Positions 1 to 9,430 of a DNA stretch of 30,964 nucleotides are shown here, one piece after another. The stretch covers positions 248,001 to 278,964 of the forward strand of contig QPGO01000109.1 of the NCBI GenBank assembly GCA_008632985.1, read 5' to 3'. The DNA comes from Psammoneis japonica (lineage: Eukaryota). The notes beneath the pieces were generated by a model. That model had not been told where the DNA came from. It saw nothing but the letters and a program-made list of their open reading frames with translations, and did not search any database. Each line of letters begins with the position of its first letter. The first letter of the stretch is position 1. Position numbers and translations under genes: made by a program.

Positions 1-400
1 GAGGTCACTTGCTTGATGAAGTTGCCCCACCTGCATTCGACAACCCCAATGAACATCCAAGGAAGACATGGGAGACAGAGTGCTGTCCCACTCATTGTGT
101 GGGGATGTGCGCCAATTTGCAGCAGAAGGTGCTGCCTTCAATGTCAACTGGGGTGACACAGCCATCAATGGTGGCAATGTGCTGCAGGCTGTCAGGAACC
201 TTGAGCAACCAGTCGTTGATGTCTCATGTTTGTGCTGCTCAAGCTGTCCACAAGAGTGCATGCCAAGTTTTGCATCCCCCAAAAAGTTGGCATGCCCAAT
301 GCTGTGATGTCCCAATCAGAGCTGGAGTGTGCCCAAAGTCAGAGGCACACCACTGCATGCACCATGCAGCACCTGCTGCTGACACAATGTCGGGGCCCTG
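1..400 (-). mobile_element. Degenerate Ty1/Copia (diatom CoDi-like) LTR retrotransposon pol fragment (protease-to-integrase linker region)
   Basis: Minus-strand frames, joined across frameshifts, read PDIVSAAG...HSCGQLEQHKH.DIND..KVPDSLQHIATIDGCVTPVDI...HNEWDSTL...LDVHWG. This matches my recollection of the CoDi segment PIVTAAG...IHSSGQLEHYK..VND.S.KV.GG.QRI.T.DGYVIPLDI...EWDTLPHV.LTSD..WDP, with Tyr replaced by Cys/His. Runs off the window edge. Confidence 0.65.
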
Positions 401-1688
401 AGGACGGCATGTGTGCGCCATTGTGCACTTCTGTGCACGCTGTTGGCAACACAATGCTGAGCACAATGTCGCAGCAGCTGTGCAACAAAGACAGCAATGC
501 AAAGTGATGCAGTGTGAAAGAGGAGGAGAAACATGGTGATGGGCACCTGTTTTTTTTTCATTGACCACTCAGTGGTCAGTGATTGCAAACTTTTTTGTGT
601 TGGGCAGTCAGTCAGGCAGTCGGGCAGTCGGTCGGGTTGTCGGTCCATCTGAATTTGAGAGTGTGTCCCTCGGATTTTGGAACGGCATGGGTTGTTTGGT
701 GCAAATGAATTGTTTGGATTCGCAGAATGATTGTTGAGGACATCAGATGTTGTGGGGACATCCTAAAAAGTTGATGAATTCCCTGTGATGGGTGCATGGA
801 ACGTTTTTTCAGGAGAGCTTGAAAGTGCTTTAAAATTGGGGTTGCTGGCGTGGCATGTTGAAAAATGCACTGAGCTTTGAATGAAGAGAATTCATTGTGA
901 ATTGCACACAAAACAGTCGTGTTGGAAAAAACATGTCAAACAATGACTGTGTTTGTGCGATGCACCATTTTGGCAATGAATTGGAAAAAAGAGTGTCCGT
1001 GCACCTCGCCACAGCCCCAAGAATGACACGAGCCACAAAATGCAACAGTCATCCACGTCACCGTTGCCGGTGGCCATGCCACACAGCTGCCACAATGCCA
1101 GCCCCCCATCGGTGCCATGCAGCAGGGCCCTGCATGCTGGCAGGAGGGGGCAATGCAGCACACAACGGCACACACCCACAAAGAAAGACAAGTGATCAAT
1201 TCTCCCCACAGGCCTGGTTTTTTGCTGAACGCTCTTTTTTTTTTTGCTGGCGGCAAGCCTGATGTTTGTGTGTGGACATTTGTGTGTGCAACATTGGGCA
1301 ATCAGTGCCACCACATTGTCCACACATGTGGCTGCAACAACTGAAAAATGTGAGTGCTCTGTGATCCTGCAAGCAATGCTGTGCCTTCACACATGCATGT
1401 TTGAAATTTCAAATTTTCCGCGACTTGTCGAAACGCAATGACAGTGGCGACCACGAAAAATGCAATGCACTCCATCAATGGCCACAAGCAAACTCACCAC
1501 AATGCTGACACATGTCAACAGCAGCATGTGACTCATTTCATGTGCGCGTGCCTTGCTGGGCTTTGATGTTGATTGATTGCTGTGAAAACAGCTGCAACGT
1601 TCAATTTTTTGCCCATCGCTTTTCGACTGCACAAGCCAACAATGAGCCTGTTGCACCTGCACTTGTCAATTCTGCCGCACATGAGTTC

Positions 1689-1789
1689 TCACGAGATGCA
1701 ATGCACTGTTGATTGTTGTGGCTCTTGAAGGTGACACCAAGTTCACGAGATGCAACACACTGTTGATTGTTGTGGCTCTTGAAGGTGAC
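1689..1789. repeat. Tandem duplication, 54-bp period, 2 copies
   Basis: TCACGAGATGCAA[TG/CA]CACTGTTGATTGTTGTGGCTCTTGAAGGTGAC at 1689 and 1743. Confidence 0.95.
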
Positions 1790-1911
1790 GCTGTTGAAGA
1801 AACGGCAAACATGTGGAGTTGCCATGGTGTGGTGGTTCTTGCGGTTTCCGGCTGTGGCATTTTAATGGCAAACCTGCTGTGCTGAAACTGAGTTGTGCTT
1901 GTTGAGTTAGC

Positions 1912-2388
1912 ATGGCTGCCTCTTTGTGCATCATGTGCCCATCATTCTCAGTGGCGGGGCTGCCAGAAAAAAAAGACGTTGTGTTTGGCAGAAAAAAAAC
2001 AACTCAGGTGCGGCAGCATCCACCCCGACAGCTGGGACAAGCAGAAAACACAGTGGTGGTGGACAAAGCTGCACCAAGACTGTGCAAAATTTGTCAACAG
2101 CAGAAAGCAAAGTTGTGTCAGGAGCAACTGGAAAATCTCCTGCTGGCTGGAAGCGGGAACCAAAATCATCATTCTGGCGGCGATGCTTTGGCGCATGTTT
2201 TTTTGTGGCGAAACATTGGGCAGTTTGATCTTTGTCGCGACCATGATGTTTTCCACAAACTGTCTGGTGCATTGACCTCCAGCAGAAATGAAGAGGACAT
2301 GCATCATGTGTGGATGGACTCTCCTCGCAATCCCCCGCTAATTTCTCAACACGAATGGCGTCACACACGCGAACACGCGCACCAGTGA
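1912..2388 (+). pseudogene. Degenerate DUF6824-like (diatom-expanded) protein gene
   Basis: PEKKDVVFGRKK...RQHP and C-terminal FHKLSGALTSSR resemble the DUF6824 pattern P...DVLFGRG...HPGN ... KVS.ALR. Tyr-free and inside the TpA-depleted zone. Confidence 0.45.
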
Positions 2389-2521
2389 TAGCCTTTCCGT
2401 CTGGCTTGGTGCGCCGACCGCGCTGAAGCAGAGGTTTGAAGCGGTGCGCCATGATGTGACTGTTTTATTGCACAGTTGCGTTCGGCTGTGTTTGAAATGG
2501 GAAGGCTCGCCGGGATAGACG

Positions 2522-3731
2522 ATGGTGAAGCCTCTTTTGTACCTGATATTGCCTGTATTTCTCGTATCCGTGTTAGTTTTGGAATGGGCAAGTCTCTCTG
2601 AAATCACAGAACTCATTCTACCCGACAGCGGGTCAATCCTACGAGCATCATCATCTGCTCCGTCACACAACAACAATCAGGATTATTGCGACACACTACT
2701 CAATTCGACAATGACACCATTGTCCACGTCCAATCTTCCTCCCATTTCTTGTCTCATCAATGATACAGACATTACATCCAATGTCGATTTCTGCTGCATC
2801 ACGTCATTATCGGACACGCCAAGACGGGAACCACCGAAACACAAGCGTGGCTCAACAGGCATCCCGCTATTTCCATGCCGTGGAAGAATTGTTTTACCAA
2901 AAGACCAATCAAAGTAAGGCTACCATTATCGAGGAGCTGTACGAGTTGGAACCGGGGAAAAAGTGGGGATTCAAAAAGCCAAGCCTGATTTACAGTCCAA
3001 AGTTTATACAGAATCTGGAAAAGCACTTTCCGTCAGCGAAACTCATTGTCGGGATTCGACATCCCGTCTTGTGGTTTCAGAGCTTTTACAGTTAGTAAGT
3101 GTGTGACCTGTTTGCAAGTGGCTGGAGACGACTCGCTATTTTTTCAATGTATATGGTATACTCATGTTTGTTTACACTGCCATACAGTCGAATTCATAAC
3201 GGGGAAACCATGCCTCCCGCTGAAACTCTAGAGACTTGCAAGGTCCCAGGGTCCAATGGTGTTTGTGTTCATCGAGCACGATTTCACAACAATCTGAGTC
3301 TATTGGGCAAAACAAATTGTACCGTACAAGAAATAGAGCTCTTGCATTCCAAACAGTGTCGGCGTCACCCATCACTCACCAACAAGGTATTCTTGTACGA
3401 GGTTTCTCAATTGCAAGATTCCAACAAGACACGTTCCGATCGATATCGATTCGATTTGAGTAACTTTTTGCAACTCAAAAGTACTCCACTACCACCTCTG
3501 AATGACGAACCCTACGTCAAGAACCGTTCCAAGGACGATTTGAACATTTGTGAGGAGCGGTACAAGGATATTCGAGACAAACTCATGGTGGTTGCACGGG
3601 ACGCATCGCTATGGATACGAACCTACTTTATCCCACACAACCACGTCACGATCTCTTCGCCGGACTATTTCAATGACTTGCTCTTGTCGTGGAACCGCGA
3701 TCCGTGCATGGAGCGTGATGCGAGTTTGTAG
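2522..3731 (+). CDS. Sulfotransferase-like P-loop protein with N-terminal signal anchor; 2 exons (intron 3095-3187); two apparent 1-nt frameshifts (~2790, ~2879)
   Basis: Hydrophobic N-terminus. PAPS 5'-phosphosulfate-binding-like motif IIGHAKTGTT at ~2806-2835 in a frame missing from the ORF track. 3'-phosphate-binding-like motif KLIVGIRHPVLWFQSFY. The GTAAGT...CATACAG intron joins FYSY-RIHN in frame; stop TAG at 3729-3731. Confidence 0.8.
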
Positions 3732-4149
3732 ATATTGTAATGCAAACGTGGAGCGGCTTTGAACGGAACCTTTTGAACGCGGACAAACACCTTGCTATCG
3801 ACTGAGCAAGTCTTTTAGTGTGGATGAAAGCGAATGTTTCTATGGCTGGCTACACTTGCTTATCATTTGTGTCTGTGAGCAGTACTATTTGATTGAGCTT
3901 GTGTGATGGACTCGACAAATGTGTCAACTGCAACGGGACACATCAGAACGGCTTGATTTGTTTATCCTTACTACTTTGAGTCATAAACTCTGCTCCGTTA
4001 TTGCGTCAAACAAACTAAGTTTTCTTTTGCGATTCGTCTTTCTGTAGTACGAGTAGCAGTTGGCGGCTGTACATTCACGGCAATCGCAAGGGACCCTCCT
4101 TCAAAACATACCTGCAGAGATTTTTTGGTTTCCTTTTTTCCATCAAATC

Positions 4150-4870
4150 CATCGGACGCACAATACTTGCTTCGTTTCATCTTCGACCAAGGCATCAATC
4201 AACGCTTGTCTCTTGTCGGAGATGACGCGATTGAAATCTGTTCACCACCTCTTCTTTGAGCCCAGCCTTCTGGACCACCACATGGATAAGACTTGATGGT
4301 CACGGCGTCATCCAACGACTTACAAGACGCCAAAGCAGCTTCAATGAGCGTCTCGCAGAGAAACTCCAATGATAGGGATACTTCGATGCCAGGAGCTCCC
4401 CGAAGGAAAGGGAAGATCAACTGAAAATCCCGAAGGACCTTTCGCACCTCTGTTGTTTCAGCCATCATATCGTGTGTCAAAGATGCTTCCGATTCTCCAG
4501 ATATCATGGTTGGTGACTCCAACGGTGCTCTGCGGACACGAATACGCCTGGGACCCTTCCTCCAAGCACTCAAGGATGACTGTCACAAGACGGCGTCATC
4601 GTTGGTACCGTATATTCAGTACAAGGATGATACGCGAGACTGAGACTCCACCTGGTCTGGCTCGTCTTCGAGAGAATCTAAACGATCGATTTCGTCTTGG
4701 TCTCCGTCCTCGTATTTAGGCTGCTTGGCCAGAGAAGCAACAACTGGAAGGATTCTTGACTTGAGTGGCCTTGATATTCCATTCATGGCATGCGCCAATA
4801 TCTCTGCAGCGGACATTGGCTTCTCGCCGCCAATCATATCGGTATCGTTAACCTTATCGCTGCTGCTCGG
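4150..4870 (-). pseudogene. Frameshifted C-terminal fragment resembling COG6 (conserved oligomeric Golgi subunit 6)
   Basis: LAHAMNGISRPLKSRILPVVASL resembles COG6 [20 protein letters not shown], and LIDALVEDEAKQVL resembles HLDTLINEQASYVL. Spread over several frames with stops and no N-terminus. Confidence 0.5.
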
Positions 4871-4960
4871 TGGAGAAACTTCGTCATCGTGCAGAGGCTT
4901 GTATCGAATGAGACATGGGCTACATGCGCTTCGACATTGTAGGAGCAAAAGGCGTTAGCC

Positions 4961-5480
4961 GATATTCGAGCCAAACTCATGGTGGTTGCATGGAACGCAC
5001 CGTTATGGATACAAACCTACTTCTATCCCACACAACCACATCACGGACTCTTCGCCCGACTATGAATATTTCAATGACTTGCTCTCATGTCGTGGAACCG
5101 CGATCGAAGGTGAAGCGGGTTAGTAGATTTTCCAATGAAAACGTGGAGCGGCTGTGAGTGAAACTTCTTGAAAGCCGGCAATCGCCTTGCTATCGACCGA
5201 TCAAATATTCCAGTGTGAAATGAAAGCGAATGTTCCTGTTGCTGGCTACACTTTCTTATCATTTGTGTCTGCGCGCTCTACCATTTGATTGAGCTTGGGT
5301 GATTGACAAGGCAAAAATGCCGATTGCAACGGGACACATCGGAACATCTTGATTTGTTTGTTCGTAGTACTTTGAGCCATAAACTCTGCTCCGTTATCAC
5401 TTCAAACAAACTTATGTATACCGGTCGATGGCTTTCATGGCAAAAAGCAAGGGATCCGCCTCCAAACCCTACCTCCAGAG
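4961..5480 (+). repeat. Diverged direct duplicate of ~3568-4120 (3' end of the sulfotransferase gene plus downstream sequence)
   Basis: Collinear shared blocks, e.g. GATATTCGAG.CAAACTCATGGTGGTTGCA, TTTCAATGACTTGCTC, AACGTGGAGCGGCT, TGAAAGCGAATGTT, CTTATCATTTGTGTCTG, CATAAACTCTGCTCCGTTAT. Offset ~1.36-1.41 kb, with indels. Confidence 0.9.
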
Positions 5481-6081
5481 ACTGGACAAGGGGTGTCCAT
5501 TGAAAAGCAGATCCCGCATTTTTTCTTTTTTTTAAATCTCCTTTTGTCCACCAAATCAATAGGGCGCACACCCGGTTCACTGTCGCCAAGACGCATTCAA
5601 AATGGAAGAAATTCTCTCTCATCACACATGCTCAAGTCATCGTTCGGCAGCAATGCAGTTTCCTATTCTTTTGGCCATGAGGCCAAAAATACTCACAAAG
5701 CCTGCATACATATTGGTATCAGAGGGGATCACAAAACGGATTCTCGAGACCTGCGTCTTGACCATCATCATCGTCACTACATGCCGCATTTGATTTCCCG
5801 AAAAGAATGAGAGCGCGCAGAAAGACGAATTGACACTACATAGCGCAACGGACAGATATGGAATTCAACGGAAATATATATTGCCCTTCTAAATCAGCTC
5901 CCCCTAAGTACGTTCGGAAGATACTTAACGGACGTCGGATGGAATTTTGGGAATTTTGACACCATCAGAACAGCCGGGAGGAACAAAGATACAGCGCGAT
6001 ACCAGCTGACATGCCTTTTTGATTCTATTCCGAGTCCGTGAAAAGAACTTTGACCAAACTTCACTTCGAACACGCTTGACC

Positions 6082-6839
6082 ATGTCGATGAAGGAGTACA
6101 TTGCCAGTGCCGAAGGGGCTCTCGCTCACGCGAGCAAAATGCCCAAGGGTATTTTCAAACGCTGTGCCGGAATCATGTTGGTGAGCACAAAAGAAACAGC
6201 CGTGTTCTTTTCCAAAAAGAGTGGAGCTGGCGTCATGCTCTTTCATACAGATGGGAAGTGGTCTCCTCCCTTTCCTGTAAATGTAGATGGTGGCGGAATG
6301 GGCCTCTCCCTCGGACATCAAAACAAGGAAACTATTATTGTTTTGGGGAAACGAGCCACGAAGAAGTTGGTAGAAAGTCAAGAACAGTTCAAGTTGGGCA
6401 TGGACATGGGACTCGTGCTTGGTAGCTTTGGGCGCGAGGCTCAAATCGAGACGGCCATGTCCGAGGTAATTGTGCAGAGAATATGATAATTGATTGCGTT
6501 TCTTTGACGAATGAAGAGACTGATCCGGCTCTGTTTTGTAATTTATAGGCTGGAGGAATGGGAATGTCCTATGCTTATACGTTTAACAACGGGGTCATGG
6601 TGAATCTCCAGTTTGAAAACACCGAGATTGCAGAAGCCACGGATGTCAACAAGGAAGTGTATGGTAAAGAGACGGTAAAGGATATTGTAGAAGCAGACGT
6701 CGCGATTCCCGACGATCCCGAAATCAAGGAATTCATGGCCAAGATTGAAGCACTTGCGGGTGAACCACAGAGTGAGCCACAGAGTGAACCACAGAGTGAA
6801 CCACAGAGTGAACCGCAGAGTGAACCAAGTGAAGAATAA
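6082..6839 (+). CDS. SYLF/Ysc84-domain (lipid/actin-binding) protein, ~224 aa; exons 6082-6465 and 6549-6839
   Basis: MPKGIFKRCAGIMLV...FFSKKSGAGVML...GKWSPP...GGGMGLSLGHQ..ETIIVL follows the SYLF pattern. Intron GTAATT...TTTATAG (6466-6548) joins the two ORFs in phase 0. Confidence 0.85.
6762..6827 (+). repeat. 12-bp coding tandem repeat, (EPQS)x5 acidic tail
   Basis: GA(A/G)CC(A/G)CAGAGT x5 followed by a partial copy. Confidence 0.95.
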
Positions 6840-7289
6840 ATGTGTGACGGTGGCGACATAGCCACTACAATGTCGTGTCCCTGTGTCCTTTTCGTATTTC
6901 TACTTGAGTTACTGGTTGTTGACATCGTCTATGCGAAAGTAACGAATACGGTAGTCAGGTAATTTCTCTTGACTTATAGCCCTTCTTTGTGTTGAAGCTA
7001 AGTTGTGCAGTAAAGTAGGATAGTACTGTTATTGTTTACACGGTTGAACTCTTTTTTGCCAGCTTACAGCATCACGCTAGTGGCATGATTTTTTTATGTA
7101 TTTTCGAAGGGAGTAGAGAAGCACGGATAAATAATCATATGCAGTTGGAAAGCATGGCTTGGCTTGACATTGCTTCTTGCGGTAGGCCCTGAGGCCTTAT
7201 TGAATCTGAGACATACAAAAACGTATACGTCGAGAGAAAATATCCCTCGGAAGTTGGGCTGAAAAGTCTTGTCTTCTTCTCTGGGAGGA

Positions 7290-8549
7290 TCAGTCATAGA
7301 CTTGCATCCACGGGTGTGCTAGAACTTGCTCCAAGGTGAATCGCTGGTGGATATTCGGGTTGAGCATTCCGTGCAAAAGGTTTCGGGCGTCCGCTCCCAA
7401 GCGTTCTGCGGCTGGTATCAGCTCCAAAAGATGATTCATCCAGCGGTCTTGAGGAGCTGTCAATTGACGAATGCAAGACAGCATGGCGGGATCTTGCAAA
7501 ACATCGAGCCAGGCTTCATTGATTTGCGTGTCAACGAGTCCGTGATTAGTGATAAAGTGACTGTAGAGCATGTCAAAAGGCTCCAGGTAGAGACACTTTC
7601 CCGTCAAGAGATTGAAGAGCACGACGCCAAGCTCCCAAACGTCTACGCCGTAGGGGTTGGTCTCGAGCCTGGAAAAGACCTCGGGAGGTTGAAAAAGGAT
7701 CGTTCCAAAGCGTGGAGTGGGAGGCATGAGGTGCGTGACGCCTTGGTCCAACATGTGCACGCGTCGGCTCTGAGCAAAGTCTATAAAGACCGGATCCATA
7801 TCTGCCAGGGAAGGAGTAGTACCCGAAACACGACGCGAGTCTACCACGCCAATGTTGGAGCCCTTGATATCGCAATGAACAACTCCGAGGCTGTGGAGTT
7901 CATTAGCTCGCACTACAAGCTTGCGGAAAAAGCGCTTGACGGTCGCTTCCGACAGTTGATCCTCCCTGTAGAAAGGAATATAGTTATCCAAATCTCCACG
8001 AACGAGAAGAGGAGTGACAATGAAAATGGACTCGCTGTTCTTGAGCGCGTCGATACACCCAATCGAGTGGTGGTTTGTCTCGCAAGCCGGATTCAACATG
8101 CGTTCGGCGGCAATTTCATTGTAGGGGTTCTCAGCTCCCCATTCTTCAAAGCGCCACCCCATGAGTGCGTCATGCCAATGGCGACGGATCACCTTGATCA
8201 CCACGTATTGCGCCTCGTCGGGTGGCGGCTCGGCGAACACGAGTTCACCATTGGTTTTCCTTCCAACAAAGTCTAGAGCATAGCCCTTGTATAATTCTTT
8301 TGGAATAGATCCATGTCCTGAACCTCCACCCACAACGTAGAAGGGCTTTGGGGACGAAAGATTGTATCCACGAGGGTGAGAAACAATATTACCAAAAAAG
8401 GTCTCGTGTCCAGTGACGAGAAACACCTTTGATTCCGTTTCTTCATTCGAGCCATGCTCCTTGACCCACACAGACTCATTCACCAAGGCCTGAGTTAGGT
8501 CTGGCTGTTCAAAAGACGGTGGAGTGACGGCTGGTGGAATTGCCGTCAT
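7290..8549 (-). CDS. Ser/Thr protein kinase, 419 aa, single exon
   Basis: VVIK (subdomain II Lys), ENPYNE (alphaC Glu), HCDIKGSN catalytic loop, DFAQ, GTILFQPPE, DVWELGV, RFTLEQVLAHPW. Confidence 0.92.
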   Translation of the reverse strand: MTAIPPAVTPPSFEQPDLTQALVNESVWVKEHGSNEETESKVFLVTGHETFFGNIVSHPRGYNLSSPKPFYVVGGGSGHGSIPKELYKGYALDFVGRKTNGELVFAEPPPDEAQYVVIKVIRRHWHDALMGWRFEEWGAENPYNEIAAERMLNPACETNHHSIGCIDALKNSESIFIVTPLLVRGDLDNYIPFYREDQLSEATVKRFFRKLVVRANELHSLGVVHCDIKGSNIGVVDSRRVSGTTPSLADMDPVFIDFAQSRRVHMLDQGVTHLMPPTPRFGTILFQPPEVFSRLETNPYGVDVWELGVVLFNLLTGKCLYLEPFDMLYSHFITNHGLVDTQINEAWLDVLQDPAMLSCIRQLTAPQDRWMNHLLELIPAAERLGADARNLLHGMLNPNIHQRFTLEQVLAHPWMQVYD

Positions 8550-9430
8550 GGTTATTCACTCAAAATAGAAAAAATGGCGACAGTACACAGTGCGCCTCAC
8601 AAAAAAGTGAGTAGAAATGAACGAAATGATTCTCATCAGTGCATCTCGTACATTTTCTCGTACACTCGCCATCTTCTCGTGGATTTCTACGTGTGATTCG
8701 TGAATGCCACAAAGGTTGTTCAGTCATGCTCCTCAAGCATGCGCTGCATCCTTGGGGTGCCTGACACAGCAGGTTGCATCGACGGCTTTTCGTCTTGCTT
8801 TGTGGCGGCATCCATCATACATCAGCCTGCGCTTCTTGTATTCAGCCTTCAGCTAGCTGGATGCTGCAGCGCATGCTGCATGCTGCAGCATGCTGATGCC
8901 TGCCTGCTGGTAACTGATGACGTATTTTGAAAATTCAATATAACCTACGTTTATATTATTTTTGGTATGATCAGTCATCACTGACATTGTGGGAGAGCCA
9001 ATCAGAATGCTTAAAACTCTTAGTATCGATTTTTGTGTCCTAAAAGTTCCTTTTTTTGTGTCACGATCGGTCATCGGTTCGTTGAAGAATTGAGTCGTGA
9101 ACAAGAAGGGGGGAACGATCGCGAATCGCGAATCGGCAATCGCGAAAACATCGAGAGACTTCATTCACATTACTGTACATACCGTATTTGCAAGCGCTGT
9201 AACATTTGCAACTCGTTCTCAACCACTGTAGAAGCCTCTCCAAAGCCCAGAAAACGCTGGTGTTATACAATACGATCGACTGATATTTACTGAGGTAAGC
9301 AATCATTGGCAACAAGAGCGATTACCATATGGAATGAAGGTCTGGGATTGACATGATTCGTTGTTTGCACGGTGTCATCACGTTGCTCACATACTAATTC
9401 GTCCCTCCATCAGATCAAACTTTGTACGCC

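Noticed and set aside
5440..5480. LEVGFGGG on the minus strand as a SAM-methyltransferase motif I
   Set aside because: Short motif in a broken duplicated segment (the other copy reads LQVCFEGG), with no supporting downstream motifs.
7326..8276. 316-aa plus-strand ORF
   Set aside because: Antisense shadow of the kinase gene with no recognisable motifs.
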